A DNA stretch of 48,840 nucleotides from Octopus sinensis. Lineage: Eukaryota. The stretch covers positions 1-48,840 of the forward strand of contig NW_021834428.1 of NCBI RefSeq assembly GCF_006345805.1. Direction: 5' to 3'. Positions 36,680-48,840 of this stretch are shown here, one piece after another. Both the position numbers and the translations under genes were made by a program. Below the pieces are notes generated by a model that was not told where the DNA came from, did not search any database, and saw nothing but the letters and a program-made list of their open reading frames with translations. Position 1 is the first letter of the stretch, and each line of letters begins with the position of its first letter.

Positions 36680-37080
36680 TTTCAAATTTCACTTGAAAAG
36701 GAAGGTGAGAGTAGAGAGGAAAGTGCTGTCTGATAGCAAGTTTACTGAAAGGTGGATAAATGTCGCAAGAATGGCCAGTATGAACGGGCCAATTCTGAGG
36801 ATACACCTGTGAAAAATTAAAAAGAAATATAAAAAGAGAAAGGGGTTCTTTATCCCCCTTTTGACTAGGCTCCCGTGGCTTTTATGGGTTTTTCCACGAG
36901 TAACCTTTCTAAGCGCCTCCCCCTATTGGGAGTTCTATTTGTTACATATTTTCGTTGTTATCTTGCTTTTTTACTCGGACATTTTTTCAAACGGACAAAA
37001 CCCTTTGTAACTTTCGTCCTGTTTTGTCCCTACATGTTATAATTAATTTTTCTCAGCCCTTGTAGCCGATAAAAGAATTA
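36680..37080 (+). mobile_element. Probable Tx1/L1-like LINE 3' end (ORF2 C-terminus and 3' UTR) ending in (ATT)n
   Basis: KFHLKRKVRVERKVLSDSKFTERWINVARM...*; ends TTTTGTCCC...CAGCCCTTGTAGCCGATAAAAGAATT. Confidence 0.55.
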
Positions 37081-37128
37081 ATTATTATTATTATTATTAC
37101 TATTATTATTATTATATTATTATTATTA

Positions 37129-37170
<42 letters not shown>

Positions 37171-37599
37171 ATTGGTTAAATATCTAACTAACTACTCGAT
37201 CGTTTGTTTCATGTTTTGGTTAAACAATCAATCGGTTCTTTGTTAGTCAAAGTTCTTTCGTCGCTAGTCGTGACGTTTTTTTTCCCAGTCACTTAGTGAC
37301 CTCCCCTCTCGAATGAAGTAGGACTGTCGGGTAGTTTGGCTCAAGCTTATCTTACTTTGTATTTGTATTTGTATTTGGTTTTCAAGAGTCTGGATGTGAA
37401 TTCGTGTGTAGAAACAAATTTTGTTGTCTTGGGAAAGTCATTACGCCAATAATAACACACTCGCAGGTTCAATTCCTCTTCTTTATTGTATTGTTAGTCA
37501 GTTGGTTAACTATCTAACCAAACAGGGCAGCGAGGCAAAGGGCTTAGCCAGGCAAAGTGCTTGACGATATTTCGCCCGCTTTGCATCCAGAGTTCAAAT

Positions 37600-37762
37600 T
37601 CCTGGTTTCGTGGGAGGCAATAAGGGCCCATGTCTTTCAATAATCTTGGTGATTATTTGCATTCTAAATTTCAGCGATTTCATAGCAGAAGCTGAAGTTT
37701 CCAAAGATGCTTTATACAAAACATAAGCATTCCAGATAGCCAAATCCATCAAATGAAAAAGT
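37600..37762 (-). mobile_element. piggyBac transposase C-terminal fragment
   Basis: LFHLMDLAIWNAYVLYK...LKFRMQII matches the FFHL.D.A..NAY.LY...L.FR motif. Confidence 0.75.
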
Positions 37763-38659
37763 ACTTCAAGGCGGTGCCCCAGCATGGCCGCAGCCTAATG
37801 ATTGAATCAGATGAGGGTAAAACAGTATGCGCGCGCGCGTGTGTGTATGTCTTTAACTAATAATGTAATGTCTAAATATCTATGTGGTTTTTCTCAGTAC
37901 GTTTTCTCCGTACATTCTATAAAAAAACATTCATTTTATATAAACCAGCACGCCCTATAAACCTGTAAATCGGCACATTCTATAAACCGGCAAGTTACAC
38001 TTGTAATTCTTTTATTTCGGTTTATTTATCCCAGCATTAAACATCGAACTCTCGACGTCAACTTTTCCGGATTCAATGTTACTCTAACGGTTTTGTATTC
38101 CACTGGAAAACCCGAACAAAGACTAAACAAGCGTGTTTATTATTGTAGGCGACTGATTTGAGAGCGAAATTGTTGTTTGTTTAGAGCTTGGTTCATCCGA
38201 GTCGCTGTTTATTTAAGCAACACAACTATTTAGATAACAAATCAGCTGAGATAACAGCTTATTTAGATAACACCTTCATTTCGACTGAGCATTAATTGCA
38301 CGCATAACCAAGACATTTCTGCTCGTGATCAACCGATATACTGCAAACGAAAATATGTTCTGAAAAGAGGTGAATTGTTATAAGGTTTCGCAAAGGACTG
38401 GACATACGCTATCTTTCCTTTACGACAGAGAGAGAGAGGGGGGAGGGAGAGAGAGAGAGAGAGAAGGGAGGGAGGGAGAGGAAGAGAGAAAGAGATGAAG
38501 TCAGTTCTGATATTTGGGACAGATTATATTTTAAGAGGTAAATTATGACATTTTAGGTAAGATATTTGTTTTCTTTTTCTTTCTTTTTTTTGGGTGGGGT
38601 ATTGTGGTACTTCATTCAGGGTCCGTTTCGATCGAGGGGTTCATTGAATGCTCTCTCTC

Positions 38660-39066
38660 TCTTTACTCTCTTTTACTCTTTTACTTGTTTCAGTCATTTG
38701 ACTGCGGCTATGCTGGAGCACCGCCTTTAGTCGAGCAAATCGACCCCAGGACTTATTCTTTGGAAGCCTAGTACTTATTCTATTGGTTCTCTTTTGCTGA
38801 ACCGCTAAGTTACGGGGATGCAAACACACCAGCATCGGTTGTCAAGCGATGTTGGGGGGACAAACACAGACACACAAACACACACACATATATATATATA
38901 TATACATATATACGACGGGTTTCTTTCAGTTTCCGTCAACCAAATCCACTCACAAGGATTTGGTCGGCCCGAGGCTATAGTAGAAGACACTTGTCCAAGG
39001 TGCCACGCAGTGGGACTGGACCCGGAACCATGTGGTTAGTAAGCAAGCTACTTACCACACAGCCAC
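38660..39066 (-). mobile_element. SINE family A, full length
   Basis: Complete reverse-strand copy with (CTTTTACT)n tail. Confidence 0.92.
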
Positions 39067-39208
39067 ACCAGCTGAAATCAATAAATTCTCAATTTGGTGA
39101 TGCTTCTCTCGTTGTCGGAGAAGAAACAGAAACTTAACGGTTATAACTGTCAATGATTGTGAATGAAAAAGGGATATAATTTCAAGAAATTAATAATAAT
39201 CTGCTTGA

Positions 39209-39387
39209 GGGCGGCGAGCTGGGAGAGTCGTTAGAAGGCCGAGCATTTCGTCCGTCTTTACGTTCCGAGTTCAAATTCCATCGAGGTCAACTTTGCCTTT
39301 CGAGGTTGGGGGCTAGATAAAATAAGTACTAGTTGAGTACAGGGGTTGAGGTAATCGGTTTGCACCCTCCTCCAAATTGCAGGCCTC
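39209..39387 (+). mobile_element. SINE family B' (related head, different tail)
   Basis: GGCGGCGAGCTGGGAG head; CCCTCCTCCAAATTGCAGGCC tail. Confidence 0.75.
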
Positions 39388-39433
39388 AACCTCGGCAACA
39401 TTTGAACTCAGAACGAAAAGCTGGACTAGATAT

Positions 39434-39850
39434 CTATTTCTTTACTACCCACAAGGGGCTAAACACAGAGAGGACTAACAAGGACAGACTAACGGATTAA
39501 GTCGATGATATCGACGCCAGTGTGTAACTGGTACTTAATTTATCAACCCCGAAAGGAATAAAGGCAAAGTCAACCTCGGCGGAATTTGAACTCAGAACGT
39601 AGCGGCAGACGAAATACCTATTTCTTTACTACCCACAAAGGGCTAAACACAGAGGGGACGAACAAGGACAGACAAACGGATTAAGTCTTTGATTACTTTG
39701 ACCCCAGTGCGTAACTGGTACTTAATTTATCGACCGAAATGGTGAGAGGCAAAGTCAACCTCGGCGGAATTTGAACTCAGAACGTAACGGCAAACGAAAT
39801 ACGGTTAAGCATCGCCCGGTGTGCTAACGATTCTGTCAGCTTGTCGCCTT
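39434..39850 (-). mobile_element. SINE family B (head plus two bodies) inserted into an older B/B' head, 15-bp TSD
   Basis: AAGCTGGACTAGATA at 39418-39432 and 39851-39865; host head 39851-39914, host continuation 39388-39433. Confidence 0.92.
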
Positions 39851-40205
39851 AAGCTGGACTAGATACCGCTAAGCACTTTATCCGGCACGGTAATGATTCT
39901 GCCATTTCTACCGCCCCCAAAGAAACTAATAATCATAATTTCACTTTTGAATCAACATGTTTAGATGTGGGGCAGAACCTCGACTGGATTTTGTTTCAGA
40001 GACTGGGAGCGGTTATAGACTCGCTTCAGCGTTAGTCTGGTCTCATGAAAACTGTGTAGTCTTGTTCGTTTCCGAACAGATAAGAAACAGACAGCATAGC
40101 ATAGGCAAAAAGAGTCGTGAATATTAAATTTCATAGTGAAAAAGAAAGGAACCAGTAGTGTGAATATGTTTGTGTTTGTGTGTGTATGTTCAGTTAAAAA
40201 ATAAA

Positions 40206-40380
40206 GCTTCTCCTCCCGGATTGCGAGGACACAGCTCCGGTAGTACGGACATATGATTACAATGTTGCAAGAAAGAATCGCAAGACGGATTCTTCAAGCC
40301 GAGCCAACTGGCAACAGACTTGATTGAGTAGATATCCACAGCGAGAGTTTGTCACTCTTGGGAATCCAGTAACAAAGTGT
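40206..40380 (+). mobile_element. RTE-clade LINE C-terminal fragment
   Basis: LLLRIARTQLR*YGHMITMLQERIARRILQAEPTGNR resembles RTE LLL.IERSQLRW.GH..RM...R.......PTG.R. Confidence 0.75.
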
Positions 40381-40469
40381 AATAACGGTTGTTTCTCATA
40401 GGAACCGATAGGGGAGGTACTTGAGGACTTTACCTCAACAACCCTCCCAGAAATAGTGAGGGGAGAAAC

Positions 40470-40750
40470 TGGTTAGAGCAGCGGACTCACGGTTGTAGGA
40501 TCGCGGTTTCGATTCCCAGACCGGGCGTTGTGAGTGTTTATTGAGCGAAAACACCTAAAGGCTCCAGGAGCTACGGCAGGGGATGGTGGCGATCCCTGTT
40601 GTACTCTTTCTCTCACTCTTTCTGCTGTTGGCCTGTTTGCTTAGCCAGCGGGGTGGCGTCATTTGAAGACTAAAAATAATGTGAAGCGCATTGTGACCAG
40701 CGATGTGTAGCAACATCTGATAGCCTGGTCGGTCGCGGTGATCACGGTGA
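40470..40750 (+). mobile_element. SINE family C
   Basis: Same body and GTCGCGGTGATCACGGTGAT tail as 2421. Confidence 0.9.
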
Positions 40751-40989
40751 TATATATATATATATATATATATAATAGAATATAAGGATAAAAATCGCGT
40801 TAATGATTTTTATCAGGTAGTCAGCATGCTATCAACATTTATAGGCAATTTATACATTGAATTGACAATAATATACATATGTATGTAATTATATTATATA
40901 GGTCTCGGTTCTTCAAGCATGCTGGAGACAGGTCGTTCCCCCGCCCCCCTGCTCCCTTAATATAGTTATATACATATGTATATTATTAA

Positions 40990-41029
<40 letters not shown>

Positions 41030-41073
41030 ATCTCTTTATCTTTTATCTTTACTTGTATCAGTAATCTGTCTGC

Positions 41074-41206
41074 TGGGTTCAGTCCCACTGCGTGGCATCT
41101 TGGGCAAGTGTCTTCTACTATAGCCTCGGGCCTACCAAAGCCTTGTGAGTGGATTTGGTAGACGGAAACTGAAACAAGCCCGTCGTATATATCTATATGT
41201 GCGTGT

Positions 41207-41245
<39 letters not shown>

Positions 41246-41470
41246 TGTGTGTCTGTGTTGCCCCCCCCCAACATCGCTTGACAACCGATGCTGGTGTGTT
41301 TACGTCCCCGTAACTTAGCGGTTCGGCAAAAGAGACGGATAGAATAAGTACTGGGCTTACAAAGAATAAGTCCTGGGGTCGATTTGCTCGACTAAAAGAC
41401 TGTGCTCCAGCATGGCCACAGTCAAATGACTGAAACAAGTAAAAGAGTAAAAAGAGAGTAAAGAGTAAAG
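41074..41470 (+). mobile_element. SINE family A, 5'-truncated
   Basis: Body and tail match. Confidence 0.88.
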
Positions 41471-41611
41471 AGTATATATGTATGTGCGCAATCGTTGATG
41501 AATGAGTATGCGTCTGTGCGCGCGCGTGCGTGTGTGTGTGTGTCGTGTGTATCTGTGGTGTGTATACGTGTAGATGTATGTGTGTGAGTGGTGTGTGTGT
41601 GTGTGTGTGTG

Positions 41612-42795
<1,184 letters not shown>

Positions 42796-43200
42796 GTGTT
42801 TATGTATGTGTACATGTGTGTGTGAGTTTATATACATATATAAGTGTATATATGTATTTATATATACACACGCACATGCACACACTTATATGTATATCAA
42901 AGAATGCCACTATGCGTGTATGTATGTGTAGGTGTTGGTGTACGTGTGTGTGTGTACGTGCGCTCGCGCGCGCGCGTGTGTGTGTTATCGTTTAATTCTT
43001 ATTTGCTTTAGTCATTGAACTGCGGCCATGCTGGAGCACCGCCTTGAAGGATTTTACTCGAACGAATCGATGCCAGTACTTATTTCTGTTTTAAAGCCTG
43101 GTACTTATGTTGCCGAACCGTTAATGCTATAGGGAGATAAACAAAGCAGCACCGGTTGTCAAGCGGTGGTGGAGGACAAACAAAGACACATACTCACAGA

Positions 43201-43506
43201 GCGGAGGCATATGGCCTAGTGGTTTAGAGTAGCGGACTCGCGGTCGAGGGATCGAGGGTTCGAATCTCAGACCGGGCGATGTGTGTGTTTATGAGCGAAA
43301 CACCTAAGCTCCACGCGGCTCCGGCAGAAGGTAATGGCGAAACTTCTGCTGACTCTTTCGCCACAACTTTCTCTCTTTCCTCCTGCATCTTGCAGCTCAC
43401 CTGCGACGGACCGGCGTCCCGTCCAGGTATGGGAACCTATACGCCAAGGAAACCGGGAAACCGGCCCTTATGAGCCAGGCATGGCTCGAGAAGGAACAAA
43501 CAACAA
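43201..43506 (+). mobile_element. SINE family C variant with a family D-type tail
   Basis: C-type head and body, then CCTGCGACGGACCGGCGTCCCGTCCAGG...GAAGGAACAAACAACAAC. Confidence 0.85.
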
Positions 43507-43888
43507 CATACTCACAGAAACACATACATCAGAAACAATGGTAAGGTACTCTCAAGAGAGCGGAACAGCAGGTCTTCATAGAAGGAACCCCTCAGACATA
43601 TATTTCGGCCCTTAACTTCTGAGTTTCTCACCACTGTTTCTGATTCAGGGTGGTATCCGCCATTTTGTGGGTAGGGCATTTATCGATTGCATCGGCTCCA
43701 GTATTTAAATGGTATTTTCTTTTATGGACCCCGAAAGGATGAAAAGCAAAGTTGAACACGGCGGAATTTCAACTCAGGACATAAAACGCTGAAGAAATGC
43801 CGCTTAGCATTTTGCTCGAAGAGTAAAAAGGTGATAGTTTATGATTTAGACGCAAGGTCAGCAGATATGAAGGTGGGGGTAGTTAACG

Positions 43889-43973
<85 letters not shown>

Positions 43974-44515
43974 TGTCAACATTATGGAATAACAACAGAA
44001 AAAAGATGGTATAGGCACACACCAGACAAGGTCACAGAAAACGAGAAAGCAACCATACTCTGGGATATGCCAATACACACAGATAGAGAAAATAAGGTCA
44101 ACAGACCAGATATAGTTGTCAGAGATCATGAAGAAAAAAAATGCTTTCTAATTGATGTATCAATACCAGCAGAAGACAACGTTTCTCTAAAAGAAATGGA
44201 GAAACTTTCAAAATACAAAGACCTGGAAATAGAGGTAACTAGAATGTGGAATCTAAAAACAGAAACAATTCCTATCATAGTAGGTGCATTAGGCATGATA
44301 AAAAATATTCAGACAAATACATAACAAAAACACCAGGACTTACATACACATATAACATACAGAAAATTGCACTACTAGGCACTGCATACATCCTATGCAG
44401 AACACTTTCAATACAGTAACCATCAGAGCATCACAACAAATCACAGCACATACCCAAGGCACACAGAGCTGCAGTCGGTAGTGAAGTGAAAGCACGATAT
44501 ATAAAAAAACTACTG
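43974..44515 (+). mobile_element. 5'-truncated R4/Dong-like LINE with RLE domain and intact 3' end, inside (TAA)n
   Basis: Open frame CQHYGITTEKRWYRH.P..V.ENEKATILWDMPIHTDRE...RPDIVV...FLIDVSIP...KLSKYKDLEIEV.RMW...PIIVGALG; TAA tracts on both sides. Confidence 0.88.
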
Positions 44516-44560
44516 AATAATAATAATAATAATATTAATAATAATAATAATAATAATAAT

Positions 44561-44830
44561 AGCAGCCAATGTACGCCACTAGCTCAGAAGGAATATAAAA
44601 GTCGCCACGACAATATAGCCAGGATTGTCCATTGGACACTTTGTAACAAGTATGGACTTCACAAAGCAAAATATTGGTACGACCACAAACCTGAAGGCAT
44701 CGTCGGAAATGGAAATGTAAAGATCCTATGGGATTTTATGATTCAGTGCGACCATGAGATAGAGAATAGGAAGCCGGACATAGTCTTAACTGAGAAAGAA
44801 AACAAACTATGCTGGTTCATAGATATATGA
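44561..44830 (+). mobile_element. Second, divergent R4/Dong-like RLE fragment following (TAA)n
   Basis: CTPLAQKEYKSRHDNIARIVHW.LC..YG...WYDHKP...KILWDF.IQ.D..I..RKPDIV...CWFIDI. Confidence 0.85.
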
Positions 44831-44951
44831 TTTTGCCAATGAAAGGACTACGGCCATATTAGACACCATTTTGAAGGGTTTAAGTTCAATGCTTATTTAT
44901 CAGTATGGGTAATTAATTGCATGTAGCTAATAAAGTCTTAATTGATGCATA

Positions 44952-45132
44952 GGCGTAGGAGTGGCTGTGTGGTTAGTAGCTTGCTTACGAACCACATAGT
45001 TCCGGGTTCCGGGTTCAGTCCCACTGCATGGCACTTTGGGCAAGTGTCTTCTATAGCCTCGGGCCGACCAAAGCCTTGTGAGTGGATTTGGCAGATGGAA
45101 ACTGAAAGAAGCCCGTCGTATATATATGTATA

Positions 45133-45200
<68 letters not shown>

Positions 45201-45430
45201 GTGTGTGTGTGTGTGCGTGCGTGTGTGTGTGTCTGTGTTTGTCCCCCCAACATCGTTTGACAATCGATGCTGGTGTGTTTACGTCCCCGTAACTTAGCGG
45301 TTTGGCAAAAGAGACCGATAGAAAAAGTACTAGGCTTACAAAGAATAAGTCCTGGAGTCGATTTGTTTGACTAAAAGCGGTGCTCCAGCATGGCCACAGT
45401 CAAATGACTGGAACAAGTAAAAGAGTAAGG
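44952..45430 (+). mobile_element. SINE family A, full length
   Basis: GGCGTAGGAGTGGCTGTGTGG head through AAGTAAAAGAG tail, with an internal TA/GT microsatellite. Confidence 0.92.
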
Positions 45431-45539
45431 AGCATAAGTCCTTATATCTCCCCACTACCTTCAGACACCACAAGGTGTTCCCGGTCAAAGGGCAAGTGAC
45501 TAAGCAATACGCGGTAGTAAGTCGAATTGGTTTCTGTTG

Positions 45540-46490
45540 GTTACGGAGGTGACGGTTCCAGTTGATACGATCAGCGAAACAGCCTGTTCGTAAGATTAAC
45601 GTGCAAGTGGCTGAGTACTCCACAGATATGCATATCCTTAACGTAGTTCTCAGGGAGATTCAGCATGACACAGAGTGTGATAAGGCTGGCCCTTTGAAAT
45701 ACAGGTCCAAATTTTTTTTACCATTTGACTGAACTGGAGTAACGTGAATTAAGGTATCCTGCTCAAACACACGGCGCACAGCTGGGAATCGAACTTACGA
45801 CCTTACGATCGTGAGCCGAATATCCTAACCGTTTTTTTATGCGCCCCTTTCAAGCCCAGGCAGGCTCATGGGCCCTGTTTCCCGGTTTCTGTGGCGTATG
45901 TGTTCCCCCAGCCGGACGGGACGCCAGTCCATCGCAGCGTTACTCAAGAATTAGGAAGAAAGAGTGAAAGAGTACAACAGGGGTCACCCCCACCTCCTGC
46001 CGGAGCCTCGTGGAGCTTTAGGTGTTTTCAGTCAATAAACACACGCAACGCCCGGTCTGGAGATCGAAACCGCGATCCTCCGACCGCGAGTCCGCTGCTC
46101 TAACCACTGGGCCATTACGCCTCAGCCTAACCATTAAGCCACGACTTATCTTCTCAAAGGTGGAGGCGCAATGGCCCAGTGGTTAGGGCAGCGGACTCGC
46201 GGTCATAGGATCGCGGTTTCGATTCCCAGACCGGGCGTTGTGAGTGTTTATTGAGCGAAAACACCTAAAGCTCCACGAGGCTCCGGCAGGGGATGGTGGT
46301 GATCGCTGCTGTACTCTTTCACCACAACTTTCTCTCACTCTTACTTCCTGTTTCTGTTGTACCTGTATTTCAAGGGGCCGGCCTTGTCACTCTCTGTGTC
46401 ACGCTGAATATCCCCGAGAACTACGTTAAGGGTACACGTGTCTGTGGAGTGCTCAGCCACTTACACGTTAATTTCACGAGCAGGCTGTAA
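45540..46490. mobile_element. Cluster of three tRNA-head SINEs (45540-45830 minus, 45848-46123 minus, 46160-46488 plus)
   Basis: C/D-type heads combined with different tails. Confidence 0.82.
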
Positions 46491-47081
46491 CCGACGGAGT
46501 GCTTCCATATCATATCGTCTCAAAATTCCTGGCCTTGAGGCTGAATCATCATCACCATCATCATCAGGATTATCATAATTGTTGTTGGTGGTGTTGTTGT
46601 TTTTATTGTTGTTATTGTTGCTGATGCGATTGCTTCTGTTGTTATTGTTCGGCGTTGGTTCTCTTGACTTTACCGCTTCTGTTAGACGCTTTAACAATTC
46701 ACTGCCTCCCCACTACCACCACCTAACCAGCCGCCATCACTTCACAAACATTTCCACACACAACTACACACACACACACATACATACATACACACACACA
46801 CACTCCCTCACAGACACACTTCACACACACCAAACTGTGTGCGCGTGCGTGTGTGTGTGTATGTATGTGTGTGGTTGTGTGTGTGTGTGTCTGCGCGCTC
46901 GCGTGTGAGAGTTACTGCCATCGCAGATTGCCACCCACATTCAGGGTAAAAGGCGGTGGAAGGCAGATACCTTACAATATCATACTGATATATATAATAT
47001 ATATATATATATAATATATATATTATATATATATATATATATAATATATATATATATATGTATATGTATATAATATATGTA

Positions 47082-47755
47082 CACAGACACGACAGAAGTA
47101 AATAGACCCCCTTATAATCATTAGAATATATTTAAATCTAAAAAAAAATTTTATTACAAATTATTTATTATTGTTATAATGTGAATATTTAATATTTAAT
47201 AGGCATGCCCTTTGCATTTTTCCACGCAAGGACCCTATTAGGTGTGTTACTGTTCAGATGAATATTCTCTTGCGGAATTTCTTACCAAATATCATGAAGT
47301 AATCTCAAAAGATCTGTCTTTGAAGATGCCTTCTTGTTTTTTTATGAAGTGTCCTGTCCATTATGTCCCAGAGGTGTTCAATAGGGTTCGTATTTGGTGA
47401 CTGGCTTGCACATGGAAGCTTTTTAATGCCATTCTCATCCAATAAATCTTGGGCCATTTTAGCCGTGTGTCAAGGAGACCCATCTTCCATAAATAAAGAG
47501 TCTTCTTTAATTATGTCACCACTGGAGAAGATTGGAACGAGTCCTTTCTGCAATGCGGACATATATTTATCTGAGTTTATGTTTCCCTCACGCTCCATTA
47601 GCTCTGATCGACCATTGCTCCAAATTGTTTCCCAGACCAACACAGAATAGTTGCCATGTTTTATTGCTGGCTGCAATCTTTTCACATCAAATTCTTGACC
47701 ACAGAGTCTCCACACTCAAACAGGATCACTGTCAGGAAATACAGCAAATTTGGCT
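47082..47755 (-). mobile_element. Tc1-like transposase 3' fragment
   Basis: KF..F.SD..VWR..GQEF...PAIKHGNYSVLVW...NINSDKY...FMEDGSPCH...SQSPNTNPIEHLWD; possible terminal TIR after TA at 47080-47081. Confidence 0.85.
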
Positions 47756-47984
47756 GTATTTTCATACACACACACACACACACACACCACACACACACAC
47801 ACACATATATAAACATTCATATAGTGATGCACAGAGAGAAGTGGAGAGGGAGAACATACAGCTAAGTAGTCTGTCAACCGCAAAAATATTGTTTGAATGA
47901 ATTTTTCTTCATTTTGAAGGGTTTTAGTCCAATGCTTATTTGTCAGTTATGGGTAATTAATTGCATTTATGACATCGTTCGTGC

Positions 47985-48319
47985 GTTTGTGCTGGTTTTA
48001 AGGTTTTACGGTTAGGGTTTTAGAGTTAGGGTTAGGGTTGTCATAAATAACAGTGACAAACGAAATATACACCACCGGAAGTTCTTGTTGACAAACAACG
48101 GCAGTAATTTTATTCAGCTGAATACACGTCATTGATTGGTTGAAATTACCGAAATACGAGAACTTTAAGGTGAAATAACTTCGTAAATATAATTTTTTCT
48201 CAAAAATGCTAAGAGTAAAAGATGTTTTATATGACAGATTCTACCAGTGTCTGAAGTTTGAAAGGTGTTTAGTTACAAAAAATTATTTTTTAAATATGTA
48301 GGTCAAAAGGTAAAGATCC
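47985..48319 (+). mobile_element. Diverged relative of the Merlin-like MITE (right end only)
   Basis: TTAGGG repeats, CGTCATTGATTGGTTGAAA core and AAAGATCC terminus shared with 16778. Confidence 0.6.
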
Positions 48320-48606
48320 TAAAAATGTATAATCCTTTATTCTTTTACTCTTTTACCCCTTTCAGCTAGCAAGCTGCGGCCACGCTGAAGCATTTTGAAA
48401 CTACTCCCCAAAGTTTCAACATCATCAACATCTGACACCAGAAACGGAAGACGAGAATTTAAAGTTTTCATGAAACGTTGCATGGACACGTTTAAAACTG
48501 CAACGTTTATTGCGACTGGCCAATCACAGAGCGTTTTTACTTGTAAACAGAGCACAAACTACCGATATACAAATTACATTCTACTGATCTATAGATGTCC
48601 TGAAAG

Positions 48607-48840
48607 GGATCTTTTCGGTTTGAACGGCAGTTTTTTCTAGCGGTGTCATATGAAATTGTCACCCATAATTATGACTATAGTATCAATCTGTTTTAGGTTT
48701 AGGGTTAGTTAGAGTTAGTTAGGGTTAGGGATGGGGGAAAGGGTATCTTTTTTTCTTCACAAATGTAAATAAACCCAATCTGTTTCTTAAACGAGGGACA
48801 TATTCATACGGCACAGAATGTTTTTTTACCTCAATAGACG
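48607..48840 (+). mobile_element. Merlin-like MITE, third copy, cut by the window end
   Basis: Left TIR GGATCTTTTCGGTTTGAACGGCAG and a body nearly identical to 16778. Confidence 0.88.

Noticed and set aside
48005-48735. True telomere or chromosome end
   Set aside because: The TTAGGG runs are short, degenerate and internal to MITE copies.

Overview
AT-rich, intron/intergenic-type eukaryotic DNA, most likely from an octopus (inferred from the tRNA-derived SINE families and the extreme TA/CA/TATC/TAA/ACC microsatellite load). Only one convincing host gene is present: an intact single-exon rhodopsin-class GPCR of the FMRFamide/sex-peptide-receptor-like type at 10544-11656 (+). The rest is repeat-derived: dozens of SINE copies (labelled families A, B, B', C, D here), decayed Penelope-like, CRE-like, R4/Dong-like, RTE and Tx1/L1-like retroelement fragments, a deleted Gypsy LTR element, mariner, Tc1 and piggyBac fragments, hAT and Merlin-like MITEs, a Helentron-like element and a 5S rRNA variant. 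The most notable signal is that SINE family B appears to insert site-specifically into its own tRNA-derived head (CTTAGC^GGTATTTCG). Two copies with target-site duplications show this directly, one of them in a look-alike site inside an unrelated LINE. This could explain the head+(184 bp)n tandem arrays seen throughout the window. Family assignments come from motif recall, not database searches; repeat boundaries without a TSD are approximate.
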